This document shows, in pieces, positions 1 through 9,771 of a stretch of 64,000 nt of DNA. The notes beneath the pieces were generated by a model that was not told where the DNA came from, searched no databases, and saw nothing but the letters and a program-made list of their open reading frames with translations. Source of the stretch: an uncultured Nitrososphaeria archaeon (GTDB lineage: Archaea; Thermoproteota; Nitrososphaeria; JACIWG01); NCBI GenBank assembly GCA_964448685.1, contig CAYUWR010000015.1:2217-66216 (forward strand), in the 5' to 3' direction. Both the position numbers and the translations under genes were made by a program. Within the stretch, counting starts at the first letter, position 1. Each line of letters starts with the position of its first letter.

Positions 1-100
1 TCTGCTTTCTCTTTCGGTTCACTCATTGTTATTGCAGGTCGTTTGGGTGTTGATTAAATGGTCTAAGATGCCAAAAGTATAGTTGGCCGTCAAAAGATTT

Positions 101-1702
101 TTACTTTTGCCCACTTGACTCTGGCTGACATATTGAAGAGAGGAGGGTTTGCTTTGCTTTTTCGATGCCGAGGTCTATGAGGTATGGTCCGAGTCTGGGG
201 CCGCTTTCTGTGCCGAGGAGTATCATGTAAAGCAGTCTGAAAAAGTCTTTCGGTTCCACCGAATGCTTCCTGGCGATCTCGAATACTGAGTACTGAATCT
301 GCTTCGGGTCTCGGGTGCCTAGGCTGTCTACGAATTCGGTGACAAGCTGCCTTTCCATTTCATTTAAATTTATTGTCTTCCGTTCTATGGCCTGCAGGTC
401 CCTCGACCAATTGAGTGAAAGCTGGATCTTCCTTTTCAGTTTCTCTTCTGCCGCCTTTATCATGCCATATTGTCTAAGCTTCTCTTCGACGTATTCGACC
501 TCTTTGCCTATTGGTGCTACTGAGCAGAGTTGTACGAGTAGAAAGTAGGGAATATGCTGGGACGGCTTGTCGGCTGGATGAAGGAGGTTTATGTATTCGT
601 ATAGGCCTCTTAACTTGACCTCTTTCATATTTGAAGGTTCCCTTTTGGAGAAGTAGAGCTTTTCCAGTTGGTCGACTTCATCCATGTAGCTTGGTATATC
701 GGTTATCGAGAGAGCTCTTGTTCCCGCTATTCTCTTGTAGAGTAGCAGGAGAAGTGATTGGGGGGTTCCATACTTGAGCCAAGTCTGAGGTGTGAAGACA
801 TTTCCTGCGGACTTTGATATCTTCTTTCCAGCCTTATCCAAGAACATCTCATATCGTACATGGTATGGGTGAGGGTAGTTCAGGATGTTGTCTGAGACCC
901 AATCGTTGACCTTGACTGAGTCGGCGATGTCTTTCCCGTAGGCTTCATACCGGATATCGAGGGCTGACCATCTGGCGGCAAATTCCACCTTCCAAGCAAG
1001 CTTGCCTAGGCCGTCGGCGACCTTGACTTCGCCTTCATGACCGCACCCTTGAATAAACTTCTTCCTGATCTCGGCTCCTTCACATCTGTATATGACTTTC
1101 TGGCTGACCTTGTCATATTTTATCGCCCTTGCGAGATATATCCTGCCACAGCTTTCACATATGGGGAAGTATGGCAGCTGCTCTTGAAACTTGGTCTGTC
1201 CAGTTATCGTCTGAATCGCCTTACCTATTACGTCAACGTTCTCCAGAATCTTTGTGATCTGCTTATTGTAGAGTCCCCTTCTGTAGGCATCACGTCCACT
1301 CATGAAAGTGTATTGGATTCCACATCTGTCCATGGCATCCATCAAGATCGAGCTCATGTGAGCTCCATAGCTTTCATGGCACTTGTATGGGTCAGGTATT
1401 GAAGAAACCGGATATGCCAGATACTCTGACAGCCAGTCTGGAAGGCCATATGGCACCTTTCTTAGTCCGTCGAGGTCGTCTGAGAAGGCTATGAATTCGG
1501 ACCTGTATCCTAAGTTCTCTAAGGCAAGCTTGACTGCGGCCGCTCTAGCCGCATCCGCAAGACTTCCGACGTGAGGTATGCCAGAGGCGCCGATGCCGCT
1601 TTCCACACGTATGAGGTTAAGGGACCTGCCTAGGCTCTTTTCCCTTTCGATGACCCTGTACCCTACCAGGTCGATCCAGGTTCCCTTCCCTATTACTTGC
1701 AT
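101..1702 (-). CDS. lysS: Lysine--tRNA ligase, class I
   Basis: ESGIGASGIPHVGS (HIGH-like), GKLAWKVEFAARW, KISKS and GPRLG motifs. Start placed at ATG 1702 (MQVIGKGTW) rather than the track's 1747. Confidence 0.95.
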   Translation of the reverse strand: MQVIGKGTWIDLVGYRVIEREKSLGRSLNLIRVESGIGASGIPHVGSLADAARAAAVKLALENLGYRSEFIAFSDDLDGLRKVPYGLPDWLSEYLAYPVSSIPDPYKCHESYGAHMSSILMDAMDRCGIQYTFMSGRDAYRRGLYNKQITKILENVDVIGKAIQTITGQTKFQEQLPYFPICESCGRIYLARAIKYDKVSQKVIYRCEGAEIRKKFIQGCGHEGEVKVADGLGKLAWKVEFAARWSALDIRYEAYGKDIADSVKVNDWVSDNILNYPHPYHVRYEMFLDKAGKKISKSAGNVFTPQTWLKYGTPQSLLLLLYKRIAGTRALSITDIPSYMDEVDQLEKLYFSKREPSNMKEVKLRGLYEYINLLHPADKPSQHIPYFLLVQLCSVAPIGKEVEYVEEKLRQYGMIKAAEEKLKRKIQLSLNWSRDLQAIERKTINLNEMERQLVTEFVDSLGTRDPKQIQYSVFEIARKHSVEPKDFFRLLYMILLGTESGPRLGPYLIDLGIEKAKQTLLSSICQPESSGQK

Positions 1703-1743
1703 ATGCATAAGGGAAAAGTGGGGGATGTAATAAAGGGTTGCTT

Positions 1744-3912
1744 TCACCTGTAGTATGGTTTGATCTCTTTCTCCGGCAGTCTCCCTTCCTTCGTTGAACG
1801 AACCCTGTTTATCGCCTCGTCTATGTTCTTTTGAGTTATTATCGCTTCGTCAGCGTGCTTCTTCGCTTCCTCGGGTGAAGGATACTTTGATATGTATTCT
1901 TGGACAACTTGGGAGACGGCGGTGTTCGCTACCGCTGCGAGATCTGCGCCTGAGAATCCGTCGGTTAGGTCGGCGATTCTTTCGATCGAGATTTCAGGAG
2001 AGAGGGGTTTTCCTTTGAAATGTATCTCCAGTATCTGTTTTCTCGCGCTTTTGTCTGGTAATGGGACATAGACAAGTTTGTCGAATCGTCCGGCTCTGAG
2101 AAGGGCGGTGTCAACCATATCTATGCGGTTCGTTGCTGCCAACACTATCACGTCATGTAATTCCTGTATGCCATCGAGCTCGGTCAGAAGCTGGCTTACA
2201 ACCCGCTCCGTCACCATGCTTTCGCCTAAGCCATAGCCTCTCACCGGAGCAAGTGAGTCTATTTCGTCGAAGAAGATTATGCAAGGAGCGGCCTGTCTGG
2301 CTTTCCTGAATACTTCACGGATACCTTTCTCTGATTCTCCAACCCACTTCGAAAGAAGCTCTGGGCCTCTGACACTTATGAAGTTGACTTCGCTTTCTGT
2401 TGCAACAGCCTTTGCCAGCATTGTCTTTCCTGTCCCAGGAGGGCCGTAGAGAAGTATTCCTTTGGGCATCGTGTAGCCAACCTTCCTGTATACTTCTGGA
2501 AACTTCAGTGGCCATTCTATCGCTTCTTGAAGTTCCCTCTTCACGTTTTCGAGCCCACCTATCTCCGACCATTTAACGTTTGGTGTCTCAAGAAAAACTT
2601 CCCTGAGCGCTGAAGGCTGCACATCCTTCAGAGCCTTTTCGAAGTCAGACATATTAACCTGCAGCTTGTTTAATGCGTCATAGTTGAGCCTTTCCTCATC
2701 AAGTTTGAGCTCTGGAAGAACCCTTCTGATCGCCTTCATGCCAGCTTCCTTGCATAGGTACTCTAAGTCGGCGCCGACGAAACCGTGGGTGATTGATGCG
2801 AACTTTTCTATGTCGACATCTTCAGCGAGGGGCATGTTCCTAGTGTGAATCTGCAGGATTTCCAGCCTTCCCTTCTTGTCTGGAACCTTGATTTCGATTT
2901 CCCTGTCGAAACGTCCAGGCCTTCTCAGGGCAGGATCTAGTGCGTTTGGCCTGTTTGTCGCCGCTATGACGATGACCCGCCCCCTTGCCTCCAACCCATC
3001 CATGAGAGATAGCAGTTGGCTTACAACCCTGCGTTCCACTTCACCAGTTACCTCCTCACGCTTAGGAGCGATCGAGTCGATTTCGTCGATGAATATTATC
3101 GAGGGAGCCTTTTCTTTCGCCTCCTTGAAGATTTCCCTCAGTCTAGCTTCTGATTCACCGTAGTATTTGCTCATGATTTCCGGCCCACCTATGCTTACAA
3201 AGTAGGCGTTGCTTTCGTTAGCCACAGCTTTGGCCAGCAGAGTCTTTCCAGTTCCAGGCGGACCAAAAAGGAGCACACCCTTAGGAGGCTCTATGCCGAG
3301 ACGTTCAAATATTTCAGGATGCCTAAGAGGTAGCTCTATCATCTCACGTACCTTTTGTATTTCATCCTTGAGACCGCCTATGTCCTCGTATGTAACCTGT
3401 GGAACACCTTTGAGTGCTTCACCTCTTTCAGAGATTATGAACTCAGTCCTCTTTGTTACGACGACAGCGTCAACATTCGGTGAAATAGAGGCCACATTGA
3501 ATATAAGTTTGCTGCCAAAGTATGGAACCATGATGTTGTCACCCTTGGTTACAGCCAAGCTCTCCAGAACTTCGGCGAAGTATCGTTTGTCGAGTGGGGG
3601 ATAGCCTTCAGGGGGAATTAGGGTGACCTTCTCTGCGGGCAGGGCGTTGATCTTTCTGACCATCACCGTATCTCCTAATGGCACATCCGCATTGTTTCTG
3701 GTTATCCCATCTATTCTTATGATATCCTTTCCTTCATCTGAAGGATGAACTGGCAGAACCTTGGCAACAGTCCTCTTACGCCCCCTGATCTCTATCACAT
3801 CACCGGTGTGAGACTGAAGGAGATCCATGATCGAGTAATCAACTCGCGCTATTCCTCGGCCAACATCTCTCGTGTAGGCCTCCATTACTTGAAGCTTTAT
3901 CAGGTCGCTCAT
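1744..3912 (-). CDS. cdc48: CDC48/VCP family AAA+ ATPase
   Basis: N-domain plus two AAA modules (GPPGTGKT twice, DEID Walker B, RPGRFD). Confidence 0.96.
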   Translation of the reverse strand: MSDLIKLQVMEAYTRDVGRGIARVDYSIMDLLQSHTGDVIEIRGRKRTVAKVLPVHPSDEGKDIIRIDGITRNNADVPLGDTVMVRKINALPAEKVTLIPPEGYPPLDKRYFAEVLESLAVTKGDNIMVPYFGSKLIFNVASISPNVDAVVVTKRTEFIISERGEALKGVPQVTYEDIGGLKDEIQKVREMIELPLRHPEIFERLGIEPPKGVLLFGPPGTGKTLLAKAVANESNAYFVSIGGPEIMSKYYGESEARLREIFKEAKEKAPSIIFIDEIDSIAPKREEVTGEVERRVVSQLLSLMDGLEARGRVIVIAATNRPNALDPALRRPGRFDREIEIKVPDKKGRLEILQIHTRNMPLAEDVDIEKFASITHGFVGADLEYLCKEAGMKAIRRVLPELKLDEERLNYDALNKLQVNMSDFEKALKDVQPSALREVFLETPNVKWSEIGGLENVKRELQEAIEWPLKFPEVYRKVGYTMPKGILLYGPPGTGKTMLAKAVATESEVNFISVRGPELLSKWVGESEKGIREVFRKARQAAPCIIFFDEIDSLAPVRGYGLGESMVTERVVSQLLTELDGIQELHDVIVLAATNRIDMVDTALLRAGRFDKLVYVPLPDKSARKQILEIHFKGKPLSPEISIERIADLTDGFSGADLAAVANTAVSQVVQEYISKYPSPEEAKKHADEAIITQKNIDEAINRVRSTKEGRLPEKEIKPYYR

Positions 3913-3928
3913 GTCACCACCACTATGA

Positions 3929-4456
3929 TTATTCGATGCTTATATCTGTAAAGCCTTCTCTAGACTCTTTAAGCTTCAGATTGATCGTTAGGATGCCGTT
4001 CTTTAAGGTCGACGATGCTGAGGTGGGATCGACTTCGGCTTCTAGAGCGACATCTGCATGATAAGCTCTACCTTCACTTCTGGCGTCAAGCACCAACTTG
4101 CTGGTCGAAGCCTTCACTTGGATATCTTCCTTTTCGACACCAGGCAACTCGAATATGAGAACGAGTTCGTTTCTGTTCTTGTCCAGGTACTGGTCAAAGA
4201 ATGGGGTTCTCGTATCCTTTGAGGTTAGAAGGCTGTCTCCGAACTTCTTGATCTTGGGCATACCACTGTCATCCATCTGTACTGAGAATCCGTAGAATCT
4301 TGGCTTGCCAAAGTATCTTATGTCATCGCTTCTTAGAAGACTCTTGATTGACTTTTCCACGTCCTCCATGGCATCTTCTATCATCTCCTCCAACTCTTCA
4401 AAGAAGTCATCGTATTTCCTTCTCTCATCATCGTAACTTACGTCATCATGCACCAT
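3929..4456 (-). CDS. hsp20: Small heat shock protein Hsp20
   Basis: Archaeal sHSP pattern: [24 protein letters not shown]-terminal IxI. Directly upstream of cdc48. Confidence 0.9.
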   Translation of the reverse strand: MVHDDVSYDDERRKYDDFFEELEEMIEDAMEDVEKSIKSLLRSDDIRYFGKPRFYGFSVQMDDSGMPKIKKFGDSLLTSKDTRTPFFDQYLDKNRNELVLIFELPGVEKEDIQVKASTSKLVLDARSEGRAYHADVALEAEVDPTSASSTLKNGILTINLKLKESREGFTDISIE

Positions 4457-4458
4457 AT

Positions 4459-4497
4459 TTTACCACCGGTTAATTAACCAGAGGTTAACTTTATAAA
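4459..4497. promoter_or_regulatory. Tandem T(T/A)AC-N5-GTTA heat-shock-type operators plus palindromic TATA box
   Basis: TTTAC-CACCG-GTTAA (4459-4473) and TTAAC-CAGAG-GTTAA (4474-4488) next to TTTATAAA (4490-4497), between divergent hsp20 and the regulator. Confidence 0.7.
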
Positions 4498-4520
4498 CCT
4501 TTCTATCCTAAACACTGTCG

Positions 4521-4976
4521 ATGAGCGAAAAAGGCGTCAAAGAACTATTCCAGGTGATAGGAGCATACAATAGGTTTAGGATAGTTCAGATGCTATGCAA
4601 GAGGCCTCTCTCAATGGACGAAATAGCTCAAGAGCTGAACATAAGCATTCCAGCGGTACTGAAGCACCTCAACGCCCTCGAGAGACTGAAGATCGTCTCC
4701 TCAAGGGAACAAAGGGGACCCGAGGAGGGCAGGCCCAAGAACATCTACTATCTCACTCAGAAAGTGATCCCGAAGATAGTTTTCGACGACGAAGTTCAAG
4801 CAGTAGAGTTCTACAAGGTAACCCCCAAGCTCGAACCCGAAAACATCGACATGCTTGAAGTGAAGCTGAGAAAGGCCATGTTCGAAGCCAAACTGAGGAG
4901 GTTGGAGAGGAAGAGGCTTAAGCTGATCAAGGAGCTGGAGAGACTGAAACAACTGGAAAGGACGTTGTCGAACTAA
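4521..4976 (+). CDS. ArsR-like winged-HTH regulator, probable heat-shock repressor (HSR1/Phr-like)
   Basis: wHTH (EIAQELNISIPAVLKHLNALE, GRPKNIYY) plus C-terminal coiled coil. Divergent from hsp20-cdc48. Confidence 0.8.
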   Translation: MSEKGVKELFQVIGAYNRFRIVQMLCKRPLSMDEIAQELNISIPAVLKHLNALERLKIVSSREQRGPEEGRPKNIYYLTQKVIPKIVFDDEVQAVEFYKVTPKLEPENIDMLEVKLRKAMFEAKLRRLERKRLKLIKELERLKQLERTLSN

Positions 4977-5010
4977 GTTTATAAGGTGAATCTGTAGAAT
5001 TGGACAAAAT

Positions 5011-5856
5011 ATGAAGACGATTTTAGTCACCAACGACGACGGATATAACAGTGAAGGAATCAAGGTTCTACATGGCTCTGTAAAAGAACTGGGAGAGGCG
5101 GTCATCGTGGCACCAGAGGGGCCGCAAAGTGGCGCGAGCATGAGTCTCACCTTCCACAAACCTCTAAGAATAAATAGGGTTATGGCCGGCAACATGCTTG
5201 CCTACGCAGTATCAGGAAGCCCGGCTGACGCAGTCATGCTAGGTATTCATACAATCTTGAAGACTAGGCCTGATGTAGTTGTTTCAGGAATAAACTATGG
5301 CGACAACTGCACTTTCCAAGACATCTTTGCAAGTGGCACAGTAGCCGGCGCGATAGAGGGGGCAATAAACAAGATACCTAGCATAGCATTTTCTATGGTG
5401 GTTCCGGAGACCGCCATATTCTCTCCTGGCTCGATGGACTTGAGCTTTGAGAGAGCTGGACCTGTTGCCAAGGCCATAACATCATGGGTGCTTGATCGAG
5501 GCCTGCCACGCGGCGTAGATCTTCTGAACGTGAACTTTCCACTACAGGTAGACGTGTCAACGCCGATACTTGTGACCAGGTTAGCTAAGAGAAAGTATTC
5601 AGACTACGCGATCGAGAGGAAGGATCCACGTGGTAGACCCTACTTTTGGATATGGGGTAGAAGGTTCAGCAAGTTCGAGAAATGGACTGATGCCTACGCC
5701 GTACACTATGCCAAGGCGATTTCGATAACACCGATAAGCCTCGACCTGACAGCCGAAATAGATAGAGATAAGTTCAAGGACTTGAGAGACAAGATCAAGG
5801 AAAGCCTACGAAAAGGTCAGCCTCGAACAGGAAGCTTAACTTCGTCCCCTGTGTAG
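5011..5856 (+). CDS. surE: 5'/3'-nucleotidase SurE
   Basis: ILVTNDDG, GSPADAV, SGINYGDN, SGTVAGA. Confidence 0.95.
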   Translation: MKTILVTNDDGYNSEGIKVLHGSVKELGEAVIVAPEGPQSGASMSLTFHKPLRINRVMAGNMLAYAVSGSPADAVMLGIHTILKTRPDVVVSGINYGDNCTFQDIFASGTVAGAIEGAINKIPSIAFSMVVPETAIFSPGSMDLSFERAGPVAKAITSWVLDRGLPRGVDLLNVNFPLQVDVSTPILVTRLAKRKYSDYAIERKDPRGRPYFWIWGRRFSKFEKWTDAYAVHYAKAISITPISLDLTAEIDRDKFKDLRDKIKESLRKGQPRTGSLTSSPV

Positions 5857-6131
5857 CAGTCAGCTGACACTACAGCCGAATTGTCTGATGGGGAAACGTA
5901 TAGACTTCTAGCATTCAAGATGACCAGAGAAGACTGAGGCGTGAGGCTGAGGTTAACTATAGCTATTTCTTTGCCAGATGATGTGGTTATGGCTACTGTA
6001 ATAGATGAAACCTTAAGTGTGAGACCTGAGAGTACATCGCCGTCCTTGAAGACTAGAAAGCCCTCCTTGGTTCCGATGAAATTCAATTTACAGGAAGGCG
6101 TAAAGACATATTCCCTGTCCAACATAGCCAC
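5817..6131 (-). CDS. Hypothetical protein
   Basis: 104-aa ORF filling the gap after surE. No family recognised. Confidence 0.5.
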   Translation of the reverse strand: MAMLDREYVFTPSCKLNFIGTKEGFLVFKDGDVLSGLTLKVSSITVAITTSSGKEIAIVNLSLTPQSSLVILNARSLYVSPSDNSAVVSADCYTGDEVKLPVRG

Positions 6132-6181
6132 CTTATGGTAGCAACATTCATAACCTATAACCTAATAAGGTGTTTGGTTAG

Positions 6182-6466
6182 ATGGTCAGCACACCTTACT
6201 ACAAAGGGAGAAACAGGGAATATAAGGTTATGTCAGCCTTGAGAAAAGAGGGATGGGTGTGCAGCAGAAGCGCGATGTCCCATGGCCCAGTCGATATCTT
6301 TGCCGGAAAGGATGGAAACACGAAGCTGATACAGGTGAAAAGTGGAAAAAAGATGAACAGCCAGGAGAAGGGAGAGCTTGCCAGATGGGCGAAGGCCTTT
6401 GGAGCAAGCGCTGAAATATGGTACTACAAGAAACGGAATGAATTGGTGAAAGAGAAGGTCTGGTGA
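6182..6466 (+). CDS. Holliday junction resolvase-like PD-(D/E)xK nuclease
   Basis: Hjc-like pattern: KGRNRE, GWVCSRSAMS, VDIFA, IQVKS. Short (94 aa). Confidence 0.75.
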   Translation: MVSTPYYKGRNREYKVMSALRKEGWVCSRSAMSHGPVDIFAGKDGNTKLIQVKSGKKMNSQEKGELARWAKAFGASAEIWYYKKRNELVKEKVW

Positions 6467-6509
6467 ACTACCAGGCTTGGATCATGTGGGCTTTTCACTT
6501 CCTAAACTA

Positions 6510-6641
6510 CTATTTCTTCTGATCCTTGAATTTTACTTCCAAAAGTAATATTAGTAGGCCGAGGAGGCCGATAGCGGCGGCTAAAACCCCGACTGCGATC
6601 ATGAAGTTTGGATCTTCAACCACGAAGCCAATAGGCCACAT
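6510..6641 (-). CDS. Small single-pass membrane protein (43 aa)
   Basis: Manual translation MWPIGFVVEDPNFMIAVGVLAAAIGLLGLLILLLEVKFKDQKK: one hydrophobic helix and a basic tail, with an AT-rich TATA-like element upstream. Below the ORF track cutoff. Confidence 0.55.
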   Translation of the reverse strand: MWPIGFVVEDPNFMIAVGVLAAAIGLLGLLILLLEVKFKDQKK

Positions 6642-6929
6642 ACCACAGTTCTTCACATAGCATGCTCTTATTATTTATTCTTTTGCGGTCAAGGCCTTCG
6701 ACACCAGATTCTTTAGAACTGGAGATCCATTGGCAGCTGCAGGGCGAGAAGGAGATGACGAGTATAAGAGTATAATAGAGGAATCTGGTAGGTTATGCCA
6801 GGGTTTCATCATCGACCCAAAAGGATGATCCGGAGAGGCAGGCGATAGGCATGCCGACGCATACCTACCTGTGCCTATGTGAAGCGAAACCCAAAAGATT
6901 AATAATAGTCCTTTTTGCGATTATCGTTC

Positions 6930-8366
6930 GTGAGAACAGAAGAGATAGATCTTGATTTATCCTCTTTTGCGATAGAGCAGGCGGAGAAGGCCGGGGCACA
7001 ATATGCGGAAGCAAGACTGCATTCAACAGAATACACTGTCTGTATGCTGAAGAATGGCCAACAGCAGCCGATCGCCTTAGGAAGATCGTCTGGCTTGGGC
7101 CTGAGGGTGATAGTGGACGGAGGATTAGCCTTTTCTGCCACAAATATACTTCAAAGAGAGCAAGCACGCGACTTAGTGGAAGAGACTGTGAAAAAGGCGA
7201 AGGCCTTATCTGAGCTGTTGAAGGAAAAGATAGTATTCAGTAGAGAGCGCAAGGCGAGGAGAAGATGGCAAGCTGAAGAGAAAGAGAAACTTGAGGACAA
7301 GAACTTCGAAGACATGATCGAAGTCTTGAGGGAGCTTGATAAGATCGTGCTAGAGAGAAAAGAGTATATACCGATGAGATTTCTTGAGATGGAACTTTCG
7401 ATGGAAAAGAAGATAGTTGAAAACTCTCAGGGAACACGTGTGGAAGGATATGTTCCAAGGCTCTTCATTTCAGGCTTTCTTACTGGAATGAAGGAGGGCA
7501 GAATGGCTCAAAAATCTATAGAGTATGGAGGCAGTGGGGGATGGGAGCTTCTAAAGATGCTGAAGATAAGGGAGAATGTAGAGCATCAGAGCCAGATAAT
7601 AAGAGACATCATCGACAGAGCTCAGAAGACTACCCCTGGCAGCTATGATATCATCACAGGATCTGAAGTGACAGGCATAATGGCTCACGAATCCGTAGGG
7701 CATCCATTCGAGGCAGACCGGATATTGGGTAGGGAAGCAGCTCAAGCTGGCGAATCCTACCTTAAGCCTTCTGACATCGGCAGAAGGATAGGAAATCAGC
7801 AAGCGAACATAAGCGACGATCCGACAATACCCAATTCCTATGGATTCTACCTCTACGACGATGAGGGGGTTGCGGCTAGAAAAAGAAGGCTGCTTGCAAA
7901 CGGTATTGTAAACGAGCTTTTACATAATAGGGCTACTGCACGAGCATTTAAGACGAAGAGCAATGGCGCGGCAAGGGCAGTCTCATTCAACCGAGAACCA
8001 ATCGTGAGGATGGCGAACACCTTTGTTGAGCCAGGCGACTACTCTTTTGAAGAGCTCATAAAAGAAGTCAAACATGGGATATTCGTGAACTCTTTCATGG
8101 AATGGAACATAGACGATGTCAGAGAGAACCAAAGGTATGTCGGACACGAATCCTACTTGATAGAAAATGGTGAAATAGGAAACCTCATCATCAACCCAGT
8201 AATCGAAGTGACCACCGAGAGATTATGGAGTAGCCTGGATGCAAGAGGAAAGCAGGTTGAATTCTGGGCTGCAACATGTGGCAAAGGAGACCCCATGCAG
8301 GGAGCCCCAGTCTGGGCTGGTGGGCCAAACCTAAGATTCAAGAACATGATGGTGAAGACAAGATGA
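6930..8366 (+). CDS. tldD: TldD family metalloprotease
   Basis: HESVGHPFEADR, YDDEG, PIVRMANT, CGKG. GTG 6930 preferred over TTG 6915 from the TATA position. Confidence 0.92.
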   Translation: MRTEEIDLDLSSFAIEQAEKAGAQYAEARLHSTEYTVCMLKNGQQQPIALGRSSGLGLRVIVDGGLAFSATNILQREQARDLVEETVKKAKALSELLKEKIVFSRERKARRRWQAEEKEKLEDKNFEDMIEVLRELDKIVLERKEYIPMRFLEMELSMEKKIVENSQGTRVEGYVPRLFISGFLTGMKEGRMAQKSIEYGGSGGWELLKMLKIRENVEHQSQIIRDIIDRAQKTTPGSYDIITGSEVTGIMAHESVGHPFEADRILGREAAQAGESYLKPSDIGRRIGNQQANISDDPTIPNSYGFYLYDDEGVAARKRRLLANGIVNELLHNRATARAFKTKSNGAARAVSFNREPIVRMANTFVEPGDYSFEELIKEVKHGIFVNSFMEWNIDDVRENQRYVGHESYLIENGEIGNLIINPVIEVTTERLWSSLDARGKQVEFWAATCGKGDPMQGAPVWAGGPNLRFKNMMVKTR

Positions 8367-9703
8367 ACAAGGACATCACCAAGAATCTGACAGAAGCAGT
8401 CTTCAAGAAGGCTAGGAGCCTGAGCCCAGACGACATCTCAGTTATCACAGCGTATGTAGAAGATTCCATCTTACGTTTCAGCAACAACAGCGTGACCGTC
8501 GTCGACACCTCGAAGGAGGCTACGGTCTTCCTCTACCTGACGAAAGCAGGCAGGAGGGCGATGGGCGCAACTTACGCAGTCGATCCTTCCAATCTAGACA
8601 ACTTCGTCGACAGACTATTCACCAGCATGAAGTTCACCGAGAAGAGCGAAGAATATGTGCCACTTCCGAAGGCAACCCGAATACCTGAGGCTAGAAGTCA
8701 CTATGACGCAAACATAGAAGGACTCAAAGAAAAGATTTCGGACCAGGGTGCTGCAGCAGTCGATGCCGCATTGGCGCAGGGGGCACAAAGGGTTTCTGGG
8801 GCGGTTACAGCAACCATTCAAGCTTACAGCATAAAGACGTCAGGAGGGGTCGAAGCCTCGGACCAAAGAAGTTCGATAACGATAAATGTGAGAGCCTTTT
8901 CCAGTACGGGCTCAAGTGGCCACGGACTCTCCTGTTCAGCGTCTCTGAGGAACTTCAATGCTGAAGAGGCTGGAGCGACAGCCGGCAGATTCGCACAAGA
9001 ATCTAGGAAAACAGGCCACTGGGAAGAAGGCGAATATGATCTGATAATGGGGCCAACAGTTGCCGCGAACATATTGCAGATGGTAGGCTACTCTGCGTCA
9101 GCATTTCGCGTGGACGCGGGAACATCATTCCTTGTAAACTCGCTTGGAAAGAAGATTGCCTCAGAAGAGTTTACACTCGAAGACATTGGCGTAATCGAAG
9201 GAGGCTTTGGGGGAAGGTCATTTGATGACGAAGGCGTACCAACACAGAGGACGAGCATAATCGAGAAGGGAATACTTAGGACATACTTACATAATTCATC
9301 AACTGCGAAAAAATATAACACAAGCACAACCGGCAACGCCGGCATACTTGCACCACATCCGTGGAACATCGTTGCCACGCCAGGAAAGATGAGCCTGGAG
9401 ACCATGATAGCCGAATGCAAGAAGGCCATCTACGTCACAAACAATTGGTATACCAGATACCAGAACTATGTCACAGGAGAGTATTCAACCCTACCTAGAG
9501 ACGCAACATTTCTGATCGAAAACGGGTCAGTAAAGTATGCAATCAACGGCACAAGGATCAGCGACAGCATACCGAGGCAGCTGATGAACCTGAAGGGCAT
9601 AGGAAAGGAGAGAAAATGGATCGAATGGTGGGAAGTTGAGGTGCCAACGAACACGCCAGCCCTTCTCATAGAAAAGGCGAGGGTAACAAAAGCCCAGCCC
9701 TGA
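8363..9703 (+). CDS. pmbA: TldE/PmbA family protein
   Basis: RFSNNSV, FDDEGVPT, TGNAG, no HExxH. ATG 8363 overlaps the tldD stop. Confidence 0.88.
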   Translation: MNKDITKNLTEAVFKKARSLSPDDISVITAYVEDSILRFSNNSVTVVDTSKEATVFLYLTKAGRRAMGATYAVDPSNLDNFVDRLFTSMKFTEKSEEYVPLPKATRIPEARSHYDANIEGLKEKISDQGAAAVDAALAQGAQRVSGAVTATIQAYSIKTSGGVEASDQRSSITINVRAFSSTGSSGHGLSCSASLRNFNAEEAGATAGRFAQESRKTGHWEEGEYDLIMGPTVAANILQMVGYSASAFRVDAGTSFLVNSLGKKIASEEFTLEDIGVIEGGFGGRSFDDEGVPTQRTSIIEKGILRTYLHNSSTAKKYNTSTTGNAGILAPHPWNIVATPGKMSLETMIAECKKAIYVTNNWYTRYQNYVTGEYSTLPRDATFLIENGSVKYAINGTRISDSIPRQLMNLKGIGKERKWIEWWEVEVPTNTPALLIEKARVTKAQP

Positions 9704-9771
9704 AGCAGAACCCTTCAGTGCCACTGATCGAGCCAGCAGCCAGAAGCCCCACACGTAGGCTTGATCGGAGA

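Noticed and set aside
1-26. Possible start of a minus-strand gene (MSEPKEKA...)
   Set aside because: Only about 8 codons are visible, so it cannot be assigned.
1698-1707. TGCATATGCA palindrome at the lysS start, resembling the DUF134 operator core
   Set aside because: Single short copy overlapping the ATG in an unrelated context; likely chance.
6801-6892. Hammerhead ribozyme, C/D-box sRNA, SRP or RNase P identity for the structured segment
   Set aside because: It lacks the CUGAnGA core, a paired D box and the SRP/RNase P signature sequences.
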